From an uncultured Anaerolineales bacterium (GTDB lineage: Bacteria > Chloroflexota > Anaerolineae > B4-G1 > SLSP01), in NCBI GenBank assembly GCA_964586915.1, contig CAZPJP010000001.1:11342-75341 (forward strand): DNA of 64,000 nucleotides. The letters are read 5' to 3'. A program made the translations under genes and the position numbers. Under the pieces are notes generated by a model. The model was not told the origin of the DNA. It did not search any database and was given only the letters and a program-made list of their open reading frames with translations. This document shows, in pieces, positions 17,562 through 26,561 of the stretch (within the stretch, counting starts at the first letter, position 1; each line of letters begins with the position of its first letter).

Positions 17562-18410
17562 TCAGATACGGGCCTTCTCCCAAGCTTCTATGATGGCGCG
17601 TTGCGCCAGAACTTCAGCCATCGCCAGCCGGTATTCGACACTGCCGAGGAAATCAGCCTCGGGCTCAAGCTCCTCCAGGGCTGGCTTCAATGCGCGGGCC
17701 ACCTTTTCACGACTAAGAAGTTGTCCCCGCAGCATATGCTCCGTCTTGTGCAATCGGGATGGCCGGGCGTGCGCGCCGCCAACGGCAATACGCACGGCCG
17801 CCGGCGAACCCTCATCGACCTCAATATAGGCCGCGGCACAGACGATGGGTTTGTCCTTTGGCGACCGCCCGACGACCTCAAATGCCGCCGCGCTTCGCGC
17901 GGGCGGTCGCTTGATCTGCAGTTCCGTGAGCAGAACCTGTGTGTTGATCAGGCGGTCACGGTAGGCGACGAAGCTCATAAAGGGGGCTTTGTGCACGACC
18001 GGGTCGGCGTAGAGCATTTGCACATCCAGGACCAACAGCGCCGTCGTCAGTGGATCGGCTGGGCCTGCTGCGATCAGCGTGCCGCCCACCGATCCCTGTT
18101 CCCGCAGGTTGCGCGACTGCACGTAGCTTATCGCGCGCCGCAGAAGACCCTGTGCGAGGCTACCGGTGTCCGGGTGGTCAATCACCGCTTGCAGCGACGC
18201 CATAGCGCCGATACGGACATCCTCCAGGGTGGCGTCGATGAAGTCGAGGCCCAAGTCCTGGAGATCGACGACCATCTCAACAGTGGAATCTCCCTGCGCA
18301 AGCGTCCACGCGCCCCCGCCCAGGTAGACAGCATTTGGGCTGGACTGAACCAGCGCCACGGCGTCCTCAATTGAGCTGGGACGCTTATAGTGCTTGAGAT
18401 TGCGCAACAT
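17562..18410 (-). CDS. FAD-binding subunit of the molybdopterin dehydrogenase family (CoxM/XdhB-like), orphan
   Basis: ORF trimmed to MLRNLKHYKRPSSIEDAVALV... It has RNLREQGSVGGTL and a C-terminal FLGSVEYRLAMAEVLAQRAI, as in FAD_binding_5 plus CO-dehydrogenase flavoprotein C-terminal domains. No large or small subunit genes are adjacent. Confidence 0.7.
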   Translation of the reverse strand: MLRNLKHYKRPSSIEDAVALVQSSPNAVYLGGGAWTLAQGDSTVEMVVDLQDLGLDFIDATLEDVRIGAMASLQAVIDHPDTGSLAQGLLRRAISYVQSRNLREQGSVGGTLIAAGPADPLTTALLVLDVQMLYADPVVHKAPFMSFVAYRDRLINTQVLLTELQIKRPPARSAAAFEVVGRSPKDKPIVCAAAYIEVDEGSPAAVRIAVGGAHARPSRLHKTEHMLRGQLLSREKVARALKPALEELEPEADFLGSVEYRLAMAEVLAQRAIIEAWEKARI

Positions 18411-18506
18411 ATCGCTCTCCTCTCCTGTGAGTTGGCCCCCTAGATGGCGTGCCTGTCTCGCGTGCACATGCGATCGGCGATATCAGCGGTCGACAGCTTC
18501 GTGACG

Positions 18507-19025
18507 TTACGCATCCTCGACCCGCCAGTATTCTTGTTCCTGCTCCCATTGCTGGAGCGTCTTTGCCGAGGGACAGACCACCAACGCCGTTGCCTCAGCG
18601 GTGACGGTGCCGTCCTCAAGGCGGATCTCCCCCGCTACCTCGGCAGTGCGACGGCGACGATTCACGACCCAACCCACGACTCGCAACGGTGTCTCCGTTG
18701 GCGTGGGTTTCCGATAGCGAAGCTCGAGTTTGGCGGTAACCCAGAAGGGATCTTCCTCGGACACCATCATCAAAGCTCGCCCCGCCGTCTCGTCCAGGAT
18801 TGTGGCCAGGATGCCGCCGTGGGCGATGCCTGGATACCCTTGATACCGGTCCGGAATCACCAACGGCACCACGATCTGCTGCGCTTCGGGGTCCTCATAG
18901 AACTGCACGTGCAAGCCCACCGGATTCTCTCGACCGCAGACAAAGCACATGCGCGACGTCGCCTGAGGGCGCCAGTGCGCGGGAACCTGATCATGAGTTT
19001 CATTCATAATTCTTGCCTGTTCCAA
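18507..19025 (-). CDS. PaaI/4HBT-type hotdog-fold thioesterase
   Basis: 172 aa. CFVCGRENPVGLHVQF and GYPGIAHGGILATILDETAG are typical of hotdog thioesterases. Confidence 0.75.
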   Translation of the reverse strand: MEQARIMNETHDQVPAHWRPQATSRMCFVCGRENPVGLHVQFYEDPEAQQIVVPLVIPDRYQGYPGIAHGGILATILDETAGRALMMVSEEDPFWVTAKLELRYRKPTPTETPLRVVGWVVNRRRRTAEVAGEIRLEDGTVTAEATALVVCPSAKTLQQWEQEQEYWRVEDA

Positions 19026-19057
19026 CTAAACGGCCTAAACGGTTGTCAGCTCCAGGA

Positions 19058-20020
19058 TCATTTCTCCTCGCGCATATAGGATGTACCAAGGGCGGCGGGC
19101 GCACCAATGCGGTGGCTCAGAGCCTCCCACCACGTCATCACAATCAGCACGAGTATGGTTGCCAGATAGGGCAGCATATTCAGATACGCAGAGGGGATCG
19201 TCGTCCCGCCGGCTTGCAGACGAAACTGCACAGCATTGATCCCACCGAAGAGCACTGCCCCCAGGACTGCCCGCGCGGGGTTCCACATCGCGAAGATCAC
19301 CAATGCGATGACGATCCAGCCGCGCCCTCCGGTGATGTTCTCCGCCCACCCGGGCGCATAGGCCAACGAAAGATGTGCGCCTCCCAAGCCCACCAGGACG
19401 CCGCCAAGGATAGTGTACAGATAGCGCGTCTGAATTACGTTGATGCCCATTGCATCGGCGGTCTCAGGGCTTTCACCGACGGCGCGGAGGTTTAGACCCG
19501 CCCGGGTCTTGTACAGATAATACCAGGCAGCGGGCACCAGCAGAACGAGAGCGTAGGAGAGCAGATCCTGCTTGAAGAGCGCGCCCACGACCGGCACCTG
19601 ACTCATCAGTGGGATGTCGATAGCTGAGAAGCGGGGACCCACCAAGCCCACCAGGTTGTGGTTGTTCGAGGCCGGGCCCAGGCGCTCACCGAGGAAGCTT
19701 GCTAGCCCGGTGCCGAAGAGGGTGATGCTGAGGCCACTCACGACCTGATTCGCTCGCATCGTCACGGTCAGGAAGGCGTGAATTGTAGCGAGGAGCGCCC
19801 CGGCTGCCATCGCCCCGAGCAATCCCAGCCAGACGCTGCCGGTGTAGTACCCAATCGCAAAGGCGGTGACCGCACTCAGGAGCATCATACCCTCGACCCC
19901 CAGATTGAGAATCCCCGAGCGCTCGGTATAGGTCTCGCCGATCGTCGCGTAGATCAAGGAGGTGCCAGCCCGCAGCGTTATGGTAAAGATTGAGGTCAGC
20001 AGTGCAAACACGCTATTCAC
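19058..20020 (-). CDS. ABC transporter permease (BMP/nucleoside-type)
   Basis: 320 aa, polytopic. It overlaps the upstream permease stop by 4 nt and is part of a 4-gene ABC operon. Confidence 0.85.
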   Translation of the reverse strand: MNSVFALLTSIFTITLRAGTSLIYATIGETYTERSGILNLGVEGMMLLSAVTAFAIGYYTGSVWLGLLGAMAAGALLATIHAFLTVTMRANQVVSGLSITLFGTGLASFLGERLGPASNNHNLVGLVGPRFSAIDIPLMSQVPVVGALFKQDLLSYALVLLVPAAWYYLYKTRAGLNLRAVGESPETADAMGINVIQTRYLYTILGGVLVGLGGAHLSLAYAPGWAENITGGRGWIVIALVIFAMWNPARAVLGAVLFGGINAVQFRLQAGGTTIPSAYLNMLPYLATILVLIVMTWWEALSHRIGAPAALGTSYMREEK

Positions 20021-21138
20021 GACACAGCCCCTTCCGCAACCTCACCGCTCTCTCCCGTCGTAGTCTCCTCAACTCCGGTTGTCTCTCCTGAGGTCTTGAT
20101 CTGCAGCGCGTATTCCTTGAAGAGCCCACCGGCTAACATCGGAATGAGCAGCATACCCTGAAGCACGATGCCCACCGATGCCGGCAAGCGCATTCGCATC
20201 TGGATCTGGTCGCCACCGACCAGAAGCGCCGCCATAAGGAATGCGACCAGGATCACACCGAGCGGATTGAGTTGAGCCATCCAGGCGATGATGATCGCAG
20301 TGTATCCATAGCCCACGGAGATTCCCTGTTGGAGGCGCCTCGTCAGACCCAGCACCTCGACGGTCCCCGCGAGGCCGCTGATCGCGCCAGAGATGAGCAG
20401 CGTGACAACGATGTTCCGCGCGATGTTGATGCCGAGGTACCGGGCCGCAGTGGAGTTGGCACCGATGATCTTTAGCTCGAAGCCCCAACGCGTGTACCGG
20501 AAGACAGCCCAAAGCAGCAAGGCCAGCGCCAGCCCGAAGAAGAGGCCGGCGTGGGCACGTCCCACGATCCGGGGGAGCCAGGCCGCCTCAGGGATGCGCT
20601 CGGTGCCTGAATTATAGTTTGGAGCTCGCCAAGCCACGTAATAGAGGTGCTCGGAGTAGAGCACGGCGACGTAGTTCAGCATCAGCGTCGTCAGCGTCTC
20701 GTCGACGTTGAGAGCGGCTTTCAGGATAGCAGGGACACCGGCCCACACAGCCCCTGCGACACATCCAGCAAGCACCGAAATGGGCAAGAGTGTCCAGCTC
20801 GGTAAGCTCTGCGACCAGAAGAGCGCGACACCGGCAGCGGCTATGGCGCCCATTGTGAGCTGACCCTCAGCACCAATATTCCAGAAACGCATGCGAAAGG
20901 CCAGCGCGACGCCCAAACCGGTGAGAATCAGGGGAATGCTCTTGACCACGACCTCACTCAGGCCATGGGTTGAACCAAAAGCCCCGCCAAACATCGAAGC
21001 GTAGGTGACGATGGGATTGGCGCCCGACAGCGCCAGGAGCACGGCGCCAAAGATCAGGGAGACGGCAAACGAGATGACCGGCACAAGAACGGCGGCGCGC
21101 TGGGAGATGGACTCTCGCTTCTTAAGAATCAATTTCAT
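20017..21138 (-). CDS. ABC transporter permease (BMP/nucleoside-type)
   Basis: ORF 20017..21453 trimmed to ATG 21138 (MKLILKKRESISQRAAVLVPVISF...). The 105 upstream codons are Arg/Gly-rich and overlap the end of the ATPase gene. Confidence 0.85.
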   Translation of the reverse strand: MKLILKKRESISQRAAVLVPVISFAVSLIFGAVLLALSGANPIVTYASMFGGAFGSTHGLSEVVVKSIPLILTGLGVALAFRMRFWNIGAEGQLTMGAIAAAGVALFWSQSLPSWTLLPISVLAGCVAGAVWAGVPAILKAALNVDETLTTLMLNYVAVLYSEHLYYVAWRAPNYNSGTERIPEAAWLPRIVGRAHAGLFFGLALALLLWAVFRYTRWGFELKIIGANSTAARYLGINIARNIVVTLLISGAISGLAGTVEVLGLTRRLQQGISVGYGYTAIIIAWMAQLNPLGVILVAFLMAALLVGGDQIQMRMRLPASVGIVLQGMLLIPMLAGGLFKEYALQIKTSGETTGVEETTTGESGEVAEGAVS

Positions 21139-21161
21139 TTGGCCAGGGCTCCTCGATGGCT

Positions 21162-22730
21162 TCAGCTCGCGATCTGTGGGTCGGCAGCCATAATGTCCTC
21201 TGCCTCCGCGCCGGCCATCATCATACCCAACGTCTCGGTGTCGGCTTCCTCGGCCGGCAGGACGCCCATCACTCGACCCTCGTACAAGACGAGTATGCGG
21301 TCCGCAATGGTACGCAACTCGTCGAGATCCTCTGAGATCAGCAAAACGGCGCGCCCCTCGTCGCGCTGATCCAGCAGTCGCCGCCGAACGGCTTCGGTGG
21401 CGCCGACATCCAGCCCCCGCGAGGGGTAAACGGCCACCAGCAGTCCTGCGCATGCGTCGATCTCGCGCGCCAAAATAGTCTTCTGGATATTCCCACCGGA
21501 GAGGAACTTGACGTAGGTTCGGGGCGTCGGTGTCGAGATCTTAAAGATCTCGATCATAGCGCGCGCGAAGTCCAGAATGCGCTGACGGTTGATCAATCCA
21601 CGCGTACCCAGCGGCGGAAGTCGATATCCCTTCATCGCGATGTTGTCGGCGACGGCCATGTCGCCGACAGAGCCCATACCCATGCGATCCGCAGGGATGT
21701 GACTGACACCCGACTTGATGGCGTCCAGCGGGGTGCAATTGGTGAGGTTCTGCTGATTGATCAGAATCTCGCCCTCCTTGATCTCGCGCAACCCCGTTAC
21801 GACCTCCGCCAGTTCCTGCTGACCATTTCCTGCGACCCCAGCAATCCCGAGGATCTCCCCCTGGCGGATTGTAAAGGAGACACCGCGCAAAGCCGGTAAC
21901 CCTTTGTCGTTGTTGGCATGGACATTGTGCAACACCAGCATTTCGTCCCCGAGTTCCGCCTCTTTCTTCTCCAAGCGGAACAATACCTCACGGCCGACCA
22001 TCAGGCGCGCCAGCTCCCGGGGGTTGGTCTGCGCCGTGTGCTTCACCGCAACGACCTTTCCCTGACGGAGCACGCAGACCCGATTGGAGAACCTAATCAC
22101 CTCGCCCATCTTGTGGGTGATGAAGATGGTCGATTTGCCCTCGGCCTGCATGAGCTCGAGCACGTGGCCCAACTCCTCTGCCTCCTGGGGCGTCAGGACG
22201 GCGGTCGGCTCGTCAAGGATCAAGACGTCGGCGCCGCGGTAGATCAGTTTCAGGATCTCGACGCGCTGCTGCTCGCCGACGCTTAGCTGCCAGACGTAGG
22301 CCCGGGGATCCACCTTCAGATGATAGCGTTCCGAGAGCTCTCGAATCTGTTGCTCGACTTCGCGCATATTCGGCACAAACGCAAGATCTTTGATCCCCAG
22401 GACGATGTTCTGGGCGACGGTCATCGTGGGCACGAGCATAAAGTTCTGGTGCACCATACCGATCCCCAACGCTGCTGCATCACGGGGGGAGTGTATCTCC
22501 ACTCGCTCTCCACGCACTATGATCTCTCCGGCGTCCGGGCGATAGAGGCCGACCAGGATGTTCATCAACGTGCTCTTGCCGGCCCCGTTCTCGCCCAGCA
22601 GGGCAAGCACCTCGCCCGGGTAGAGCTCCAGACTCACGTGATCATTGGCCACGACACCCGGGAACCGCTTCGTGATGTTGTGCATCCGAAGCACGGGCTG
22701 GTCGTTGTTTTGCGGTGTACGCTTGTTCAT
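21162..22730 (-). CDS. ABC transporter ATP-binding protein (duplicated ATPase)
   Basis: Walker A GENGAGKST, signature LSVGEQQRVEI, Walker B ILDEPT, plus a second ABC domain (LSGGNIQK, ISEDLDE). The start is taken at MNKRTPQNN (22730); 22757 is an alternative. Confidence 0.9.
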   Translation of the reverse strand: MNKRTPQNNDQPVLRMHNITKRFPGVVANDHVSLELYPGEVLALLGENGAGKSTLMNILVGLYRPDAGEIIVRGERVEIHSPRDAAALGIGMVHQNFMLVPTMTVAQNIVLGIKDLAFVPNMREVEQQIRELSERYHLKVDPRAYVWQLSVGEQQRVEILKLIYRGADVLILDEPTAVLTPQEAEELGHVLELMQAEGKSTIFITHKMGEVIRFSNRVCVLRQGKVVAVKHTAQTNPRELARLMVGREVLFRLEKKEAELGDEMLVLHNVHANNDKGLPALRGVSFTIRQGEILGIAGVAGNGQQELAEVVTGLREIKEGEILINQQNLTNCTPLDAIKSGVSHIPADRMGMGSVGDMAVADNIAMKGYRLPPLGTRGLINRQRILDFARAMIEIFKISTPTPRTYVKFLSGGNIQKTILAREIDACAGLLVAVYPSRGLDVGATEAVRRRLLDQRDEGRAVLLISEDLDELRTIADRILVLYEGRVMGVLPAEEADTETLGMMMAGAEAEDIMAADPQIAS

Positions 22731-22884
22731 AGAAAGGTGACTATGACTATACCTCAAAACCCAAGGCAGGCTTCGGAAACCCGCCTTGGGTTAGGCTTGA
22801 TGTGCCCCCTGTTTGAGTTACAGAAACCAGGGAGCGGAACCGAGATGCATATGAGACCGGTTCCGCTCCCACATCGATTTCGGT

Positions 22885-23976
22885 CTATTGCTCCGGTATG
22901 GTGCCCACCACACCTTCGACAAAGACGTTGATGTTGAGCATATCTGCGTCGCTCATGCACTCGCCGGCCGCAACCAGCGTGCTTCCGTCCTGCGCGGTGA
23001 TGGGTCCACAGAAGACGTCGTCGCCGCCGATAATGTCCTCTCGCGCCGATGCCACGAGGTCGCGGACATCTTGCGGCACCCTCTGGCTGAAGTCAGCCAG
23101 CTGTACAACGCCATCCTCCAGGCCACCCCAGAACTCGTGGGTCTCCCAATCGCTACTCATCGCGGCGCCGACGGTGTCGACGTAGTAGCTCCCCCAGTTC
23201 CAAATCGGGCTGGTCAGCACCGTGTCTCCCACAAAGGTGCGCATGTCGGAATCGTAGCCGATGCTCAAGGCGCCCCGTTCCTGAGCTGCCTTCTGCGGCT
23301 CGGTCGTATCCTGGTGCTGGGTGACGATGTCAACGCCCGCGTCGAGCAGGGCGATGGCCGCTTCGCGCTCCCTTACCGGATCATACCAGGTGTTGGTCCA
23401 AACGACACGGACCTCGGCGTCTGGATTGACCTCGCGAACCCCCAACGTAAAGGCGTTGATCCCTCGGATGACCTCGGGGATTGGGAAAGCCGCTACGTAC
23501 CCGATACTGTTGACTTCGGTCATACTGCCGGCGACGAGACCCGAAAGATAGCGCGGCTGGTAAATTCGGCCAAAATAGGTGGCCATGTTTTCGCGGGTCT
23601 TGAAGCCCGAACAGTGCTCGAACAGCACGTCCGGAAACTCCTCGGCAACCTCATACATAGGATCCATATACCCAAAGGACGTCGCGAAGATCATATCGTA
23701 GCCCTCTTGCGCATACTGCCGAATCACCCGCGCGGCATCCGGGCCTTCTTCCACGTTCTCGATGTAGGCGGTCTCCACGTCGTCGCCGAACGCCGCTTCT
23801 ACCTCTTGTCTACCGCGGTCGTGCTCATAGGTCCAGCCGAGATCGCCGGGGGGACCGATGTAGACATATGCTACTTTGAACGGTCCCGCAGAGGCTTGGG
23901 GACCGGCGCCACATGCAGTCAGCGCTATTGACGCAACGAGGATCAGGGTGATCCACAAAAGCACTCGCCGTTTCAT
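22885..23976 (-). CDS. BMP-family (Med/PnrA-like) ABC substrate-binding lipoprotein
   Basis: 363 aa with a lipobox (LTAC). VAYVYIGPPGDLGWTYEHDRG and the AGVDIV..HQD motifs are typical of basic membrane protein family binders. Confidence 0.9.
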   Translation of the reverse strand: MKRRVLLWITLILVASIALTACGAGPQASAGPFKVAYVYIGPPGDLGWTYEHDRGRQEVEAAFGDDVETAYIENVEEGPDAARVIRQYAQEGYDMIFATSFGYMDPMYEVAEEFPDVLFEHCSGFKTRENMATYFGRIYQPRYLSGLVAGSMTEVNSIGYVAAFPIPEVIRGINAFTLGVREVNPDAEVRVVWTNTWYDPVREREAAIALLDAGVDIVTQHQDTTEPQKAAQERGALSIGYDSDMRTFVGDTVLTSPIWNWGSYYVDTVGAAMSSDWETHEFWGGLEDGVVQLADFSQRVPQDVRDLVASAREDIIGGDDVFCGPITAQDGSTLVAAGECMSDADMLNINVFVEGVVGTIPEQ

Positions 23977-24051
23977 CTTGTTAACTCCTCCTTGATGATT
24001 ATGGGTTTGACGGCTTCATCCTCAGCTTAGGGAAAACGAAGGGCCTGCAGT

Positions 24052-24079
24052 ATTGTAGCAGACGCTGGGGGGTTGTCCA
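24052..24079 (-). promoter_or_regulatory. Sigma-70-like promoter for the BMP ABC operon
   Basis: Minus strand: TGGACA (24079..24074), 16 nt spacer, TACAAT (24057..24052), ~76 nt upstream of ATG 23976. Motif match only. Confidence 0.3.
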
Positions 24080-24200
24080 TTTCTCTCAAGCTACCCGAGA
24101 AACACTGCATATAGGGGCTCCGCATCTTTCTGTCACAATCCATAGTGCTAGTGCCAAGGGTCCGTCCGCACACGAGATCTCGCTTGATCGCGACAGGACA

Positions 24201-25208
24201 TTAGCTTTCGAGCTCAAGCTCGTGCTCCCCAAGCATCTCCCCCTTCAGTAACTCCGTATCTTCCTCGAGCTGTTGGTTGGCCAGCGTGATCTTCTCTCGC
24301 ATTACTGCGAAACGATCAAAGTCACGCGCCACAACCACTGGCTCGAAGAGCTCTTCGGCTTCGTCGAGTATGGCACGAATCCGGTAACGCTGTGAGAGAT
24401 GGTTGAGTACGAGCATACGCGCCCCCGCCTCGCGTGCGAGCCACGCGGCTTCTCTGGCGGTGATGTGGCCAAAACGACGTGCCATCTCTCGATCCTCAGC
24501 CAGATACGTCGCCTCGGTGACTAGAATGTCGGCTCCCTCGACATCGGAAACCACGTCCTCTACCCGGCCTATATCGCCCGTGATGGCGATGGAGAGACCT
24601 GGGCGTGGCGGCCCAAGCACGTCATCGGGACGGATGATCCGGCCATCGGCCAGCGTCACTGTCTGTCCGTTGACCAAATCGCGGCGGATCGGACCAGCAG
24701 GCACACCCAATGCCTGCGCGCGCTCCGGCAGAAACGGTCGTCGCGGTTTCTCCGAGAACCGGTATCCAACGGATCCAGGCCCCCGGTGTTGGACCTCGAA
24801 GGCTCTGACCTCGAAATCGTTGCTCTCGAGGAGGATGCCGGGCTCGACGTCGGTCAACTCAACCGCGACGGGCGGAGGGGCTCCACGCAGAACTACGCCG
24901 AAGATCAGATCTTGCACCCTATCCAGCGCCCGTCGTCCGCCGTAGATCTCCAAGGCATCGACGGCCTCCCAGCGCGCAAAAGTTGAGACTAGACCACCGA
25001 GACCGAGGATATGGTCGAGATGACCGTGGGTGAGCAACACGCGACTGAGCCGTCGAAAGCCCAGTCCACTGCGCAGGATCTGACGTTGCGTGCCCTCCCC
25101 GCAGTCGATCAGAAAACGCTCGTCGCGGAAGAGCACCATCTGCGCGGGCAGCCCGCGTTGAATGGTCGGCGCAGAAGCTGCTGTCCCAAGAAAGACCAAC
25201 TCAAGCAT
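24201..25208 (-). CDS. rnz: Ribonuclease Z (MBL fold)
   Basis: 335 aa. MLELVFLGTAASAPT...LIDCGEGTQRQI...LLTHGHLDHILGLGG (HxHxDH motif). It carries a ~30-aa acidic C-terminal extension. Confidence 0.85.
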   Translation of the reverse strand: MLELVFLGTAASAPTIQRGLPAQMVLFRDERFLIDCGEGTQRQILRSGLGFRRLSRVLLTHGHLDHILGLGGLVSTFARWEAVDALEIYGGRRALDRVQDLIFGVVLRGAPPPVAVELTDVEPGILLESNDFEVRAFEVQHRGPGSVGYRFSEKPRRPFLPERAQALGVPAGPIRRDLVNGQTVTLADGRIIRPDDVLGPPRPGLSIAITGDIGRVEDVVSDVEGADILVTEATYLAEDREMARRFGHITAREAAWLAREAGARMLVLNHLSQRYRIRAILDEAEELFEPVVVARDFDRFAVMREKITLANQQLEEDTELLKGEMLGEHELELES

Positions 25209-25329
25209 TATGTCACTCCAACTCTAGAGCATAGCAAAGGGTAGTCGACCCAGGAGGGCACGGGTGGGCTCAGATGTACACGCCGCACAGAAGTGTAAAC
25301 GCCACGCCTCGATCTCCGGTGTCCCAGCG

Positions 25330-26394
25330 TCAGTCACCGCGTCCAGCCACCACCTGCAGTAACCCTGGGTCCCCAACCTCTCCCTCGACCGTCACGCCGT
25401 CAAACCCGAACTGCCGGGCGACCCAGACATTCGTCAGCAGATGGCGCGTCACGCGGGAGATGGTGGCCCTTGAGGGGCCATCTGCCAGCACGAAGGGCAG
25501 CACAAGTTGGTCGCCAAGATAGGGGTCGGCAGCAGCCTCGGTTCGATGATGTTCGAGGAGAGCCTGACATCCGATCTCGGCGACCTCCTCTGACGGAAGT
25601 CCTCGTCGGCCCAGCGATAGGAATCCTGCCTGTGCGTGCTCGTATCGCGCACACAGAAACAGTCCGGTCCCGACGCCCGGAGATGGGACGTGTTCCGGCT
25701 TAAGGTGCGTCTCGATGCCGGCATCGCTCAGAATGGCGCGTGTACGATTGACCATACGCTGCGGAATATGAGAGGGCAATCCCGATGCAAAAGCAAGCCC
25801 TTCCACGCGCAGAAGGCTGCCACGCTCGACCAGATCATAGCCGCGCAAATGGATACCACCTCGGATCTCCGCCACCATCTCACCGCCTCCCCGAGGATAG
25901 TATCCCCAGACTCGGTGGTCAAGCGTCGCCCGCACGCCCATCTCAAAGAGCGTTGGCAGATAGACCTTCTCAAGGTAGATCGCTGGTGGACTCCATGGCA
26001 CCGTCGTCCCACCGATCAGGTTGACCTCGGACGCGCCGGGAGCCAGAGTCAGCGGGAGCAGTATCGTCTGTAGGATCAGTGTCGTTGCGCCAGCCGAGCC
26101 CCCTCTGGCAGCGTCGGTTACGTCGAAGAGGTAGGTCCCCGGCCTTGCCGCAACCTGAGGCTCGAAGGTCAGGGATTGGCTGCCCAGCTCGTCGCCTGTC
26201 AGGCGGGCCTCGCATATCTCAGCCGCAGCACGGACCGCTGTGAGGTGCTGGGGGCGGAGCCCCGGATTCGAACGGTTAGCCCGGATATCAAAGAGGCTGA
26301 CGGCTTTTCGCGTGACGATTGATAATGTGAGCGCCGAGCGCAGAATCTGCCCGCCGCCTTCGCCATATGCCCCATCAATCTCTAGCATCTCCAT
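25330..26394 (-). CDS. rtcA: RNA 3'-terminal phosphate cyclase
   Basis: 354 aa. IDGAYGEGGGQILRSALTLSIVT and NPGLRPQHL are the RtcA signature. Confidence 0.9.
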   Translation of the reverse strand: MEMLEIDGAYGEGGGQILRSALTLSIVTRKAVSLFDIRANRSNPGLRPQHLTAVRAAAEICEARLTGDELGSQSLTFEPQVAARPGTYLFDVTDAARGGSAGATTLILQTILLPLTLAPGASEVNLIGGTTVPWSPPAIYLEKVYLPTLFEMGVRATLDHRVWGYYPRGGGEMVAEIRGGIHLRGYDLVERGSLLRVEGLAFASGLPSHIPQRMVNRTRAILSDAGIETHLKPEHVPSPGVGTGLFLCARYEHAQAGFLSLGRRGLPSEEVAEIGCQALLEHHRTEAAADPYLGDQLVLPFVLADGPSRATISRVTRHLLTNVWVARQFGFDGVTVEGEVGDPGLLQVVAGRGD

Positions 26395-26499
26395 CTCAAG
26401 CCACTTTCGTCAAAGGAGGGTACGTCCCTGGCGGGTCCACCATTCCACCACTCGGACGGAAACCATAGACCGCTACGCCAACTTCAGCTCCAGATTCTT

Positions 26500-26526
26500 A
26501 TTATAGGTGTCTGACTCGTTTGACAA
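26500..26526 (-). promoter_or_regulatory. Possible promoter for rtcA
   Basis: Minus strand: TTGTCA (26526..26521), 15 nt spacer (short), perfect TATAAT (26505..26500), ~105 nt upstream of ATG 26394. Confidence 0.3.
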
Positions 26527-26561
26527 ACTCCCCGCTGAGATATCGACGATCGAGCACGCGC

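Noticed and set aside
20017-21453. N-terminal extensions of several ORF-track entries (e.g. 105 extra codons here; also 940..2013, 49816..50793, 9966..11348, 15006..15806, 4187..4885)
   Set aside because: The extensions are Arg/Gly/Cys-rich, overlap upstream genes and lack an RBS. Internal ATGs with GGAGG-type sites or 4-nt overlaps give family-typical N-termini.
22888-23931. 347-aa plus-strand ORF
   Set aside because: It is exactly antisense to the BMP-family binding-protein gene, has no recognisable motifs, and is a shadow ORF.
23977-24200. Possible purine or nucleoside riboswitch in the 224-nt region upstream of the BMP ABC operon
   Set aside because: No purine-riboswitch-like core sequence is recognisable; only a promoter-like motif was retained.
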